From Guillardia theta CCMP2712 (taxonomy: Eukaryota; Protista; Cryptophyta): a stretch of DNA of 64,000 nucleotides. How positions within the stretch are numbered: position 1 is the stretch's first letter; each line of letters opens with the position of its first letter. Positions 38,794-52,676 of the stretch are shown here, piece by piece. The stretch is taken from the NCBI RefSeq assembly GCF_000315625.1, contig NW_005434622.1, positions 62,001-126,000 of the forward strand, in the 5' to 3' direction. Below the pieces are notes generated by a model that ran no database searches, was not told the DNA's origin, and was given only the letters and a program-made list of their open reading frames with translations. The translations under genes were made by a program, and so were the position numbers.

Positions 38794-41481
38794 GATGAGC
38801 ATGTGGAGAGAGGAGAAGGGAGAAGCGAGAAGAGAAGCGAGCAGAGAAGCGAGGAGAGAAGCGAGCAGAGAAGCGAGCAGAGAAGTGAGCAGAGAAGCGA
38901 GAAGAGAAGCGAGCAGAGAAGCGAGAAGAGAAGCGAGGAGAAGACAGCATCCTTTACATCGGTCACTGAATCTTAGCGGCAAGATCCTATTGTTTGCCCT
39001 TGTCCTCTTCACCTGCGTTGAGTCCTCGACCTCCCTTTCCCATTTTCTCGAACTCGTCGCCCGCAAGTCACTAGCGTTTGGTCGTCCTCCTCCCTTACAG
39101 TCCTCCTTCACTGCTACCAACAAGAGGCTCGCGTGTTCTCATCGATGCACCAGAGGAGACATTAGAGGCACTAGCAGCAAGAGGGTGAAGCCAGCGACGA
39201 GATTGTGGAGGATGCAGCAGCAGAGGGAAAGCAGCACGGAGAGCGCTGAAACCGCATCTAGAGGAAGCAGCGAAACTTCTCAGGTTGCTTCCACCATGTC
39301 GTGGGTTGTTCTTTTCTTGCTCCTGGGCATCAACGTACACAATCAGTGGACGAGGGCTATGGTATACTACCTTGTGAGCTTCAAGATCCCCAAAACAGAG
39401 GACAACGCGAACAAGTATATGAACATCGACTTGAACTTCGAGGAAGAGCAGTACAGCATCCTTGCATCCTTCGGATTCACTGCTCTCTACACGTTCTGCA
39501 GTCTCATCGCTGGCCGAGCAAGCGACAAGGGCAACAGAGCCTTCATCGTCCTGGTGGCGGCAGCGGGTTGGTCCCTCGCAACGGCAGGGCAAGGGATCTC
39601 GAGGAGCTTCGAGCAGGTGCTCGCGTTCCGCTCGCTCATGGGAGTGTCGCAAGCGTTCACGAACCCTCCTGCCTACGGGCTCATCGCGTCCTCCTTCCCC
39701 GAGTCTCAGATCGCCACTGCCAACTCCGTCTTCGCCTCCGCCGTCTACATCGGCGGAGCTCTGGCGTCCTTGAGTATCCTCGCAGATCAGCAGGTGGGGT
39801 GGAGGATGACGTGCCTGGGCTCAGGAGCGCTGGGCTGCCTCCTCGCTGCAGGAGGAGCCTTCTTCCTCCGAGACCCGCGCATGAAGAGGGAGGATGGTGG
39901 GCAGCTGAACGAGCAGACGATGTTGCTGGGCAGCAGAGAGGAGCAGGAGGAGGTGGAGGAGGCAGCGAGTAGCTCTTTCAACTTTCAGAAGCAGATGAGG
40001 GAAGGGCTGGAGGCAATCAAAGGAGTTCTTTCCATCCCCTCCGTCCAGGTGCTGTTTGCAGCCTCTGCCGTCAGGTTCTGCGCAGGCTACGGCATTGGGG
40101 TTTGGAAAGCTCCGCTGTATCGGGAGCTTTTCCCTTCCTCTGAGAGCGAATTCTCCGTGGCCAATGCCTTTGTCATCTCCTGTGGAGGGGTCCTCTCCTC
40201 CCTTCTTGGAGGGGTCCTTGCTGATCGACTGGCTCCGCACGACTACGGAAAGAAGCTTCTGGTTCGTTTCGCTCCTCTGCCCCTTTCTCCTTCCCCCCTC
40301 CTTCCTCTCCTCCCCCCTTCTTCCGCCCCTTCCTCCTTCCCCTCTCCTTCCTCCTTGCCCTCACTTTTCTCCTCGCCTTCCATTCCCTTCCTCCCTACCA
40401 TCTTCTAAACTCCACCACTACCTCCTCCTCCCACAACTCCTCCAAAGGCAAACTGCCCCACTCTCCTCGCTTTCTCTGCCTTTCTCTCCTTGGCTTTTGC
40501 TCACCCTGAACTTTCCTCAGATCCCAGCTGTCGGCAGCATCCTTGCCGTCCCCTTCTGGATTGGAGCATGCAAGGCTGACAGGTTTGCTCGCCACCTCCT
40601 CCTCTTCCACCACCACCACCACCACCACCACCACCTCCTCCTCCTCCTCCTCCTCCTCCTCCTCCTCCTTCTGCCTCGCACTAAGAACATCCCCAGCTTC
40701 ACTCACAGCATCTCCCTCCTCTTCCTCGAGTACATCGTTGCTGAGTGCTGGTTCGGCCCCACCCTCGCCGCGCTCTTCAAGGTGAAGGAGGAGGAGGCAG
40801 AAAGGTTTTTCTCACACACTAGCAGAGTGTTCCGCGAGAAATTCAGGGGACAGCGCAGGTGAGGAGGGAAGGGAAGAAGAAGAGGGAAGTGGGAAGGAAG
40901 AGAAAGGAAAGAGAGGAGGCAGAGGGAGAGTCGGGGAGGGAGGAAAGGGAGGAGAAGGTAGAAGGACGGAAGAAGGAGGAAGGGAGCAGGGAGGAAGGGA
41001 GGAGGAGGGATGGGCTTACAAGGACCCATAGGGGCTGTTCTCTGTGCTGGGTGCAATCGGGAACATCATGCCAGTGGTGATAGGAAGGTGAGGAGGAGGA
41101 GGAGCGGGAGTTACTGTGGGGGAGGAGACGGGAAGGGCGTTGGGAATGTTGTGTGTGCATGAGGAGGAGAGTGGAATGGGAAATGGGAGGGAAGACGGGG
41201 AGGAGGAGGAGGAGGAGGAGGAGGAGGAGGAGGAGGAGGAGGAGGAGGAGGAGGAGGAGGAGGAGGAGGAGGAGGAGGTTGTCTTACTGGAGTCTTTAGC
41301 CTGCAAAAGGATCATCCTCTCCCCGACGTCCTCGCTGTACTTGCTGCTCCTGCTGCTCCTGCCTCGTCAATCTGACGCTCCTCAGGTTTCTGTCTCGGCC
41401 GCGTACCTCGTGAGCGGAATCTTGTTCTTCGTAGCGAGTCAGATGATTCAGCCGCCTACAAGAGGCCACAGGGAAGCATAA
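38794..41481 (+). CDS. MFS transporter, Spinster-like, with N-terminal extension
   Basis: QYSILASFGFTALY, AGRASDKGNR (motif A), FRSLMGVSQAFTNPPAYGLIASSFP, VGWR, GGVLADRL and AECWFGP. The 3' exons are split by microsatellite introns. Confidence 0.88.
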
Positions 41482-41549
41482 CTGACTTGGTGAAGTTTGT
41501 CGCTTGTGGAGACGACAAACAGAGCTCTTTCGTCCATGTTTGCACTTTC

Positions 41550-41607
<58 letters not shown>

Positions 41608-41896
41608 GTGGAAGTGAGAAGGAAGGATGGGGGAGAGAGAGAAAATGGGGAGGAAGAGGGAAGATGAAGAAAAGGACAGGTGATTGGATGAAATCAAACT
41701 CGAAAAGCAACTTGGGGATCAGGAAGGGACGAGGAGGGACAAGTCGGAGAGTCACTGTTGTATTAAAGAGATATCCACATGGCGGGCTGAAAAAGATCAA
41801 GAAAAGACAATCATCGCCATACAACATGGCAACCTTGCATCATCATCATCCTCATCCTCTTCATCATCATCATAATCGTCGTTGTCGTCGTCATCA

Positions 41897-42556
41897 TCAT
41901 TCAGCTGAAATAACTTCGTCGACAATTTTCTTAATCTTGTCCTTGTACTTATCAGTGTCGATCTCGTACTTCTCCTTCAGCTGCTCCCTCACCTGCCAAC
42001 CTCTCACTCGCCCTCTACCTCCTCCCCTGCTCCCCTCCCCTCCTCTCCCTCATCCTCTCGTCTGCTCTCCCTCCTTCTCTCCTCTCCTCTCGCTCACGTT
42101 GCGCAGCGTCAGCGTATCCATGTCGGCGCCGTCGCAGATCTCTTTGACATGCTTCTTGATCTTGCCGAGCATCTCTGCTTCCTCTCCCTTGATCAAGGGC
42201 TCGTCCTCCTCCTCCTCCTCCTTCAAGAATCAGCGGCTGCAGTGAACGGCGGGTGGGGGGCGGAGTAGGAGAGCAAGGAGGATCAAGAAGGAGGAGGTGG
42301 GATCACGTAAGGATGGGTAAAGGATGAAGGAGGGGGGGGGAACAGAAAAGAGGGAGAGAGAAGGAAAGGAGGGAAGGAGAGCAGGAGGGAAGGAGGAGAG
42401 GAGGAGGAGAGGAGCGCGGGTGACGGATGAGGAGAGAGGACCTCTTTGTTCTTCTTTCCTGCCTTCTTCGTCTCCTTCTTAGCTTTCTTCTTGGGTCGCT
42501 GCATCGGCTTTAGATTAAGATCAGGCTAATCCAAAACTGCACTGACCTTCTCTTCC

Positions 42557-42621
<65 letters not shown>

Positions 42622-44420
42622 CTGTAGAGAGTCAGCTTTGCGATGGACTTCCTCTGTCTACCTTCTTCTTCCCTTTTCCCTTGGCCTTGCTCGCTGGGGA
42701 CTGATCAGGGGTCAGAGGGCAGGAGCAGCAGTTGGAGACGAGGACCTTGGTCTTTGACTTCTTGGCAGACTTCTTGCTGCTGGTCTTGCTCTTGCTCTTC
42801 TTGGGTGCAGATTTTGACTTGGAGGAGACGGTCTTGCAGACAGTGGCTGAAGGTTTCTTGAGGAAAGTGAAGAGTCGATCGACAAGGTCTTTCTGCATAT
42901 CACCAGTCATCCAATCTCCTCTCCTCCCCTCCTCTCCTCTCCTCTCCTCTCCTCTCCTCTCCTCTCCTTCTGCTCGCCTCCCCTCCTCTTCTCTCCTTCT
43001 CTTCACTCCGCCCTTTCCCCTCTTCTCCACTTACATGAACTCCGCTCCTCTCCAGCGCGAGACATTCCATGATGCCCTTGAGATCCTTCATCTGCTTCTT
43101 CTGCAGGCGAGCAAAGAATGCTTCTTCAGCTTTCTGTTATGTTGGTCAGTCAGTCAGTCAGGCAGGAAGGCAGGCAGGAAGGCAGGCAGGATGGAAGGAT
43201 GGAGGGAGGGAAAGCAGCGGGAATTAGCGGGAGGCAGGAGGCAAGGCAGGNNNNNNNNNNNNNNNNNNNNNNNNNNNNNNNNNNNNNNNNNNNNNNNNNN
43301 NNNNNNNNNNNNNNNNNNNNNNNNNNNNNNNNNNNNNNNNNNNNNNNNNNGAGGGAGGGAGGGAGGACCCCAATCACCTTGTCCTCGAAGCTCATCCCTC
43401 TGAACTCCATCAGGTTCTGTTTCATCGCCTTGGGCTGCAGGGCAAGTCAGTCCAACCCGTCAAGACTTGTCGGCGAGTCAACCTGATCGACACGACGGAA
43501 CAGCATCTTGTGAAGGACTTTGATGGGATCGTTTATGTCGCTCTTCTTCACCGTGTGGTTGGTCAGGCTGTTGACGACTGGACAGCATCGTGACTTAACA
43601 TCCCCGTCTCATCCATCATCCCCGACCTGACTGGATGTCCCCCAGCCGCTTTCCGTCTCCCTATGGCTGCTCGTCAAACATCCCAAGGGCCTCAGCTGGT
43701 ATCACCTGGGGGATGACGATCTCTTCCTTGTCCTTGGAGCTCGTGTCAGGGTGAAAGTGCTCCGACGACTTGCGCTGCCTGCACAGGCGGTCAGGTCGAG
43801 ACAGGAAACAAACCTTGTCACCTCTTGGCTCCAGCTTCCACTTCCCAATAAGCTCCCGCCTTCTTGGATTCCTCCTCCTCCTCCTCCTCCTCCTCTTTCT
43901 TGGCCTGCTCGTCAGTTAGATGTGTCGCACACTTGTCGTCGTTGCCCAGCACATTCTTTGCAGTCCTTCCTCTTTTGGTGGGGGTCGCCTCTGGTTCCTC
44001 CTGCTCTGCTTCCTGAGGACAAGCTCGTGACCCTCATCTCGGCCATGTGCTTCAAGACCTTCTTTGGCTTCCTTCCGCGCTTGGAAGGAGTGTTAGGATT
44101 GGACGTCGATCCTTTGCCGGCATCCTTTGCCATCGTTTACAGCAGGCCCAGCCGTGGGATTCCCTTACCTTGTCCTCGTTGGAATGGTTCTCGGAATCCT
44201 CCTTTTCTCCTCTTTCTGTTTCAACACACGTCAAGAACAGCCGCAAGGAAGCAAGCTGCGATCACAGTCGGTTCTTCTTCCTTCTTCTCGATCTCCTGAC
44301 CATACGTCAGGATCGCACGTAGCACAATGTTAGGACCACCTTGGTCTCTTCTTTCTCTTCGACCTTGGAAGTGTCTTGAGCCTTGGGCTCTGACTCCGTC
44401 TTGTCTTCTGTCGCCGTCAT
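41897..44420 (-). CDS. DEK: DEK-family chromatin protein
   Basis: GDGKRLGDI, IKVLHKMLF, KQNLMEFRG, LKGIMECLALERSG..KDLVDRLFTFLKKP, an acidic tract, and DEK-C IKKHVKEICDGADMDTLTLRNV|REQLKEKY...KIVDEVISAE*. AT-hook-like KRGRKPK near the N-terminus. Confidence 0.88.
43251..43350. other. Assembly gap (100 N) in a DEK intron
   Basis: Run of N. Confidence 1.
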
Positions 44421-45559
44421 TTTTCAAGCTGCACCAATGGATCAGCCACAGAACTTACAACAAGATACTGCAAGCTTGAGCTGTTTGAAAGTTTCTCTTT
44501 GCCCCGCCTCTGAAACACTCTCAATCCTCTCGATCGTTCACTGCCTCTGCTATCCCTCCCCCCACCCACCCCCCCTTCACTTGGGCACGAGGATGAAAGG
44601 AAGATGCAACGATGTAGGGGTGCTGATCAACAGTCAATCCCTATTCTCTCCGCATCTTGATGTAGCATGAAAAGTAATGGTACAACACTCAGCATCGCAG
44701 AGTTGAGCTCATTTCCAACTGTTCTTGTTGGAAATCACCCAGCTCTGATAGTACAACATCCTCTTGAATGTATCGTCACAATTGAAACAGCTAAAATTCG
44801 GCCATTACCCAGACCTGCTCCTACTTTCTCCTGCATTCCCCTCTATCAATCTGATCCAATCTCTCGATCCTTTCGCTCTATCAGTCCATCTTCTCACTCA
44901 CTGCTCTATCGAACTCCTCACTCTCCTCTCTTTCAACTCCTCTCCTATCTCTCTCCCTCTCTCTCCCTCTCTCCCTTCTCTTCCTTCGCCGCTACTAATC
45001 TTCGCCTGTCCTCCAGCATGACGGGCTTCGCTTCTTCCCGCCAATCCCTACACCACCCCATAGAATTCACCCCCTTTACTGACACCCCCATTTTCCCCTT
45101 CTCTTATACCCCTAGTCAAGAGCCGTGCACCCGTTCACTTACCAATATAACTACCCCACCTGTATCTGGTACCCCACCCCATCAGATTCAAATTTTTCGC
45201 CAGATATTCTGTACAGCACCGGAAGGAACTAGCCAGAGGTGAGAAGTTTCAACGACTTTCAACTCGTGTGCTGTCACATGTTCATACATAAGATGTGACA
45301 ACCTGTGCGATGTGAAAAGAGGAGAGGAGAGGAGAGGAGGGGAGGGGAGGGGAGGAGAGGAGAGGAGAGGAGAGGTTCGCAGTATTCGTTGCTTCAGGAT
45401 TGATTCGCGTGCCACAGATGTAGTCTTAAATACAATCAGCGGCTTTTGATTTCACTTACAAAAAAGATACTTCAGATTCCTCGCTTGTCAAACCTGCAGC
45501 GCTAGGCACGTTTGCGGCCGCTTTGATCGTGCCGACAGCCTTTACCGGCACAAGTCCCA

Positions 45560-47240
45560 AACTACCCCAGGTCACCATCGGCTGGGGTGAAGATCACCTC
45601 AGCTGGACTTCTTGCTGGACTCGTCCAGACGTCTTCGCAGCTCGGCAATTACCAGGTCCTTACCTTCGATCTGCAGACAAGCAGAGAGACGAGTCAGGCT
45701 CTTTTAGTGTCAGCGACCACAGCCAGCACCTCCAGAGCTAGCTCCTTGACCTTCCGCTCGCTTTCCATCGCCGCTTCCTCCCAGATCTTTGCCTGCAGCG
45801 AGAGGACGTCAGAGGGAGCGATCGCTGAGAGCAGCGCATGGATACCTCAGTCATCGACGGCTGCTCCTGCTTCGTATCGTCCTGCGGTTGCGGCGTCAGC
45901 ATCTATGACCAGGAGGGATGTGAAAGCTGCTGCTGATCTCACTTGAGATTTCCGTGCCACTTCCTCGAGCTGAACGAGCAAGGCCTGACAGGAGAACAGG
46001 TCTCAGACGAGGAGAGGAGGAGGAGGAGGAGGAGGAGGACGAACGTTTCGCAGCGCTGCCACAGTGCTCTGCAACACTGCCACCTGCGGCATTCAAATGA
46101 TGAGATAATCAACATCGTTGAAACAGAAAAAGCCAACCTCCCGCTCTGACTTCACGGCTCTTTCTCTGAGAGACTGGACAAGCTCCGCATGTAGCTCTTC
46201 TTGCGTCGTACTCGTATCGTCTTCCTTCGCTTCATCGGCAGGTCGCTGAATGCAAGCGAGCGGAGTCAGAGAGGGTAAGGAGCGAGAACCAGGAGAAATA
46301 AGTCTGACCTGCCCTTCCCCCATAATGACCTTGTTGTACGTCCCTTGCATGTCTGACAACGATCATGAAACAGCTCAACATACGCTCATTGCTCCACCTT
46401 CAATCTGACTCTCGAGCTCGCGGATCCTGTTGTTAGCCTGCACACAAGCTTGTTCAGCACTGACCGCATTCCTCGGCCACCGCACGTTTTGTAGCGAGAC
46501 TTCCTTCTCCTGCAGCTCGTTCTGTGCGGCAGCGAGCTGTACACCATTGCGACAAGTCACAGACAGCTTTCGGCATGGTAGAGAGCAAGAGACTGACCTG
46601 GGCATTCAGAGTTTGAACATGGGCTACCTCCCTTCCTAGCTCCTTTCGAACCTGCGACGACTGTAAGAAACGAGACCCCGAAAAGGAGTGCCGCACCGTG
46701 AACAGAACATCTGTAATCTTGCTGATTTCCTGAGACAACAAGGGTCAGCATGTGAGCAGATGTTTGGTAACAATCTTTATCAGATCTCCTGCTTCGGTTA
46801 CCTCGTTCTTGGCCGTCAAGCTGGCTCGGAACAACTCCTCCTGCGAACAGCGCCATCATTCTCCATGTCAAGACATGCCATAGATTCGCTCTGTACCGAG
46901 TTCTCGAGCATCTTTGCGGCTGTGTTTCGATTTGCATTCGAGGCAAACGACTGGTATGACCGTCAGCCAGAGATTCTCGTAACTTTAGGTCAAACGTTGT
47001 TTTCTACGTTGGAAGCGCTGCTTTCAGACTGCCATTCAACGTCCTCAATCAGAGAGCGATTAGACGACATGGCAAAGACCTTCTTGCCGAACAAGGACAT
47101 GGGCATCCTCAATCCTGCTGCAGCCATTTTGCAGGCTAGTCGATTCGATAGAACCCCGGGATCAGAGCTGCAGGAAACGTCATTTTCTGTCAGGAACACA
47201 GACATCTTGTCAGTGTAGAGAGGCTCGTATTCCATCAAGC
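45560..47240 (-). CDS. Uncharacterised coiled-coil protein with many short exons; boundaries approximate
   Basis: Exons LAAAQNELQEKEVSLQN, ANNRIRELESQIE, IWEEAAMESERKVKELALE and IEGKDLVIAELRRRLDE. Confidence 0.55.
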
Positions 47241-48259
47241 ATCATGCCAACGAGTGGACAGGATTCTTTGTGGTTCAAAGAGGGTTGCGATAGTCAAGGG
47301 TGTTCGCCTCGACATCTATCACTTTCCCCCTCATGCAAAAGGCTCCCGCCACTCTCTCCAGTTTGTTGCATGAAATGGTCTTAGTCACTGATGATTGCAC
47401 ATGTTCAAACATGCTCGGCTCTGAGCATGGTTGCCTCTATCTCTTACTCCCTGCCATCGCCTCCATTCTTCTCCTTCACCTTCTTCTGCATCTTCCTCGT
47501 TCATACAATTACCCCACAACCATTTGCTCCCCCAGAAAGCCTTTCTACCCCCACCCCCCACTTCCTATCCATTTCCTAGTCATCCTACCCCCTCCTCTCC
47601 ACCACCCGTTCTACGCCCCCTTGCACCCACCCATATTCACCCCCCTCATCTCCCTCATCCCACTCTTACCCTCATCCCCTCACATACTATCAATTCGTTA
47701 CAATCCTCCAAAGCCGTTACAAGCTTTCGACAAAATTTGAAAAGTCTGCGATTCGGGGACAATTCAAATACGTGAAAGTGGCAAAACTTTAAAATTATTT
47801 GAAAATCTTGTCGAAAGGTTTGAAATATTCAGCATAGATTCTATGGTACGTTGGTTCATACCTTAAACAATTGTTTTAAAAAGACCACTAAAATTATTTT
47901 TTAAAGAGGCTCAGAACAAAATACATCTATATAAAAATAAATGTGTTTTACAAAAAAGATCTACCACCCCTACCTGTCCTTCGTTGGACCGATACGGGGG
48001 TATGTTTACCCCACCCCTCCTGGTAGCCGAAATGGTAGCACGAAGTAGAAGCAGGAGCAGAATGGCAAGAACAGAGACTTGCATGAACTCGTGCAAGTTA
48101 TCTGCTCACGTATCTGTGACATCTCTGACTGGTTGTGTCTGATTCTCCACATTGGTTGCTTGATCGTGTGGGGTTCGATCCAACACATCACAAACTGAAG
48201 CGTTTTTCGCTGTTGTCCGTCCGTACTTGTCCTCTCTCGTTCCAAGTTAGTGGAAGAGA

Positions 48260-51200
48260 AAATGTTGGTGACGAGTCTTGTTTTGGCCATTGAATATCAG
48301 AGATTGCACAGGATGTTCGCAACTGATATGATTCTTTGTGTAGGGATGATGGAAAACCAATCCTGTCAAGCGGGGCTTTCACTTCAGCCACAAGTCTGAG
48401 CAGATTCTTGAAGCATGAGCACGAGTTGTACCTTACGTCTGAGAAGCATTCTTTGTCCTTGCTGTGTGCAAGCTGGAGCTCGAACCTACCTTCGTCTAGT
48501 TGACAACCGATGCGCCACTACGCAGCAGCATCTCAAGGAGGTGGAAGCTTTCGTTGTGTTCGAATGCGTCAAGTTCCTCTATCTCGTCCAGGTGCGAGTC
48601 TCTGATGTGCCTGACGTTCTTGACTGACATGCTGCCACGTGTCTTAGAGCGAGGGAGAGGATGAAGACTGGATCCCGTCCCTCTGCGCTCGTTTGTTGAT
48701 CCTCTTCTACCATGACCCGTCCAGCGTAGAAGAGTACCTCCCGCAAATCTGCCACCTCCTAGTGGCGTTTCCGAGGCCCTGCATGGCGTTGGAAGTTGCG
48801 GTAGGAGGATGATCTCTCGTCTTGCTCCTCATTCTTCGCAGGTGCTTCACATGTGCACCAGATCCCTGCACTTTGCGCTCAACGTCCACTGGGCGCTTCT
48901 ATGTGCCATTGAGGACTGCAACAGCTACGTCGGCACCAACTCCATGGCTGTGGTTGGGCCTGTGGCAGCAGCGTCAGGGTGTGAGTCGAAGAAGGGAGAG
49001 CATGACAGTCGACCGGCGCGCCTGATTCTGTGCGTGTATGCTGCCATCAACGAGCGAACCAGGAGTAAGGGGCTTCCTGGCTTCGCTTCTCCCAACAAGT
49101 ACCTCTCCAGCATCCTCGAGCAGCACAGGGGAGACGCCTTGTCCTCCATCACCCAGGCTCTGTGCGGGTTCCAGGGCTCGAGCTCGAGCTCGCGCGCCTC
49201 CGCTTCCGATTCATCGCCTCCTCTCAACTCCATGAGCGACAGCGCAAACCTCGCAGGCTCCAAGGGATCGTCCCCTCCAGAGTTCACTTGCATAGTGCAG
49301 GTCAATGCAGACTCGCTGCAGGACAGCAAGAAGTTGTTGAAGAGTGTGCAAGATCATGACGATGTCGACGTGGGCAGCCGCAAGCTCGTCAACTGGATCA
49401 GGGGTGTGAACTCCAAGAACGGGACGTTCTTCTACTCTGAGCTGTTCTTCATCCAACAACTTACCGACATCGCTGAAGCTCTCCGGTTGGAGACGCTGCA
49501 CCTGAGGGCTGCCCGGCTCCACATCATGCTGGGCAGGATCAATGCCTTCTTGGAGAGCAGGGATGTGTACATTCCCCTCTGCTCCTCTTCTTCCTTCTTC
49601 TACAAGGTTGTGCGCATTCCCCCCGATCAAGCCAAAGTCTTTACAACCGCGACCAGATGTCCGTACATGATCATGGTGGAGACTATCAGAACTCTGAGGA
49701 AATGCTCAGCTCCCGATCTGGACCCTGTTCAGAGGCTGCGGAGGTACACGAACGAGGTAGGGTTCAAGGCTGCGGTTGTGCGGGATGGGTTCATGGACGA
49801 GATCAGGACCATCTCTTCGGGAGCTTGTCTTGGTGCCAACTTGGTGCCTCGGCCCCTAGCTTCTCCTTCCAATGTGTCGCCGCTACGGAAACCCCTCATG
49901 GATTCCCCGACCGCCAGGATGGAGGACGACGGTCTGTCCCCGAAGCTGCTCAGCTTCGACAGTCTGCAGGAGGCTGAGACTGCAACAAACTCGGACAAGC
50001 TGCTGGAAGAAGCTGAAGACGAAGACAGGATGCAGCCGCAGGTCTCTAGAGCTGCACACATCGCGCACGCGTCGGAGGGTGAAGGGGATGCCCTGGGCTC
50101 GAAGGAGGAGGAGCAGGAAGAGAGCAAGCAGCTGTCACGGGAGATAGCTAACACCCTCTCCAAGGACTCGCACGTTGGAGTGTCAGGAGGTGGATGGAGC
50201 ATGTCGATGACAGGGTCTGGCAGGTTTCAGGAGGTAGCGAAACTTTTTCCTGTGCTTCCTCTGGTACGCGCTGAAACGGTGATGGCAGGAGACGTGGGAG
50301 AACAAGAAAGAGAGGATTCGCCTGAGCTCGCCCTTCGGGAGCAGGAGAGGATATTCCATCCAGACTGTCATCGTTAAGAGCTTCGACGACGTCCGGCAGG
50401 AGGCGTTCGCCATGCAGCTCATTCAGCTGATACACAAGTGCGCTTCTCCCTCCCCACGTTGGCTCTCGTCTGACTCTGATCCTCTATCTCTGTCTCCCCA
50501 GCACGTGGCAGAAGGAGGAGCTCCCCGTCAAGATCTTTCCTTACAGGATCCTCGCCACCTCTGCCGGCACGGGGATCATCCAGGGGCTGACGGACGCAGT
50601 CAGCCTGGACTCGCTGAAGCAGCAGGCTGGCTTCACCTCCCTCTCCTCTCACTTCCAGCGAATCTACGGGAAGGAGAGCGAGGCCTTCCGCCGAGCCACC
50701 GCAAACTTCCTCCAGGTGGGAGAGAGCCCGGGTAGTCTTGTGCTGACCCTCCAGCAGAGTTTGGCAGGGTACTCGATCCTTTGCCATGTGCTGCAGGTCA
50801 AGGATCGACACAACGGGAACATCCTCATTGACAGCAAAGGTCACATGATCCACATCGACTTCGGCTACATCCTCGGTAAGGGAGCAGGAGAGGAAGCAGA
50901 AGGGGGGGCAGAAGGGGGGGCAAGAGTAAGAGCAGGAGAGGGGGCAGGATTGGGGGCAGGGGCTGGAGCAGGAGGAGGAGCAGGAGCAGGAGGAGTGCGG
51001 GAGTTGACATGGGGTTGGAGGTTTGAGCCCGGGAAACATGGGGTTTGAAACAGCTCCCTTCAAGCTAACGGACGAGTACGTGGAGCTGCTGGGGGGCGTC
51101 GGGTGCGTGCGAGGAGGAGGGAGGGGAGGGGAGGCTGTTGACGTCTGGACTTGTAGGTCGGAGAGCTGGAAGAGGTTTGTGTCTCACTGCAAGGCTGCCT

Positions 51201-51692
51201 TCCTGTCTCTGAGGCGGATTCACCATCGTCTCGCCGCTCTGATGGAGCTGATGATGTTCAACTCGAACCTGCCCTGCTCCAGGTCCCCCCGACCAAGTCG
51301 ATGCTGATGCTGATGCTCTGATCAGGGTAGGGAAGAACCGAATCGTCCAAAACTTCGTCGCCAGGTTGTTGGATACCTTGTTCTACTCCTACTCCTACTT
51401 CCACTCCTCACACCTTTCTCCTCCTCCTCCTCCTCCTCCTCCTCCTCCTCCAATCCCCTTTTCTTTCCTTCTTGCCCGCTTCGAGAGCTGACGTGGTTTC
51501 AGGTTGTACCTTGAGATGTCGAATGAAGAGTGCGAGAAGAAGGTAGGAGGAAGAAACTGCTCGCATGGCGGTGAGGAGGAGAAGTGAGTTGATGAGCTGC
51601 AGGTGGAAGAACTCATCAACCTGTCGGTGAACAACTGGCGGACATCGCAATATGACAACTACCAGAAGCTTGTGAACAAGATCATGCCGTGA
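48260..51692 (+). CDS. PI4KB: Phosphatidylinositol 4-kinase type III beta (Pik1-like); start approximate
   Basis: VEEYLPQICHLL, CTRSLHFALNVHW, IVKSFDDVRQEAFAMQLI, SLAGYSILCHVLQVKDRHNGNILID, IHIDFGYIL, FETAPFKLT and YDNYQKLVNKIMP*. Confidence 0.93.
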
Positions 51693-51952
51693 AGATGTGA
51701 CGATGATGAAAATGATGATGATGATGATGATGATGTTTGCTGGTGTTTGAGTTGGGAGATTATTCTTTTTTGAGTGTTGATAAGCATGTACATACACAGT
51801 AACTTTACAAACTGGTGGATGAAGGAGGAAGGGGGACAAGGAGGAGATGGAGAACAAGGGGAAAGCGGATTGGGGATGAGATACAGGACGAGAGTTTCTG
51901 AAAGAGGCGCGAAGAAGGGGGGAAAAGATGAAAGGGAGGGGGAGCGAAGACG

Positions 51953-51988
<36 letters not shown>

Positions 51989-51995
51989 GGTCAGT

Positions 51996-52115
51996 GAGAT
52001 CATACGAATCCGTTTCCACGAGCAGGAGATCATACGAATCCGTTTCCACGAGCAGGAGATCATACGAATCCGTTTCCACGAGCAGGAGATCATACGAATC
52101 CGTTTCCACGAGCAG
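51996..52115. repeat. Perfect 30-bp tandem repeat x4
   Basis: GAGATCATACGAATCCGTTTCCACGAGCAG starting at 51996, 52026, 52056 and 52086. Confidence 0.97.
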
Positions 52116-52377
52116 GAGGGAGAGGAGATGAGTTTCCCTCCTCTGTCGTCTCTATCTTGGTCACTCTTCCTCTCTGCGTGTAAATGGCCCCCGCGTACCC
52201 TCCTGCCTTGTTCGCCTCCAGACGACTCGCTGTCAGCGCGGCTTCTCCCTCCCCGACGAAGATGGCGCCTCCTAGCTGCCGCAACTCGTCAGCAGGAGGG
52301 CGAAGAGAGGAAGGGAAAGAAGTCGAGTGCTGAGTAGCAGCAGGGCCAGGGGTAGGAGCACGAGCACGAGCATGGGT

Positions 52378-52434
<57 letters not shown>

Positions 52435-52600
52435 GACGAGCCTTGTTGGCGATGTTGAAGCTGAAGTTTGTGCGCAGGATGAGAAGACTCCCTCCATTGA
52501 CGAAGAGCGCTCCTCCGTCAAACTCTGCCATGTTGCCTCTGAAGCGACCTGAAAGGTGATGAGGATAGGAGAGGAGGAAAGGAGCAGGAGCAGGAGCACA

Positions 52601-52676
<76 letters not shown>

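Noticed and set aside
41487-42245. 252-aa ORF with poly-Met and poly-His
   Set aside because: (GAT)n and (CAT)n microsatellites plus the antisense strand of the DEK 3' end.
51996-52115. 30-bp repeats as CRISPR
   Set aside because: Head-to-tail with no spacers, in a eukaryotic context.
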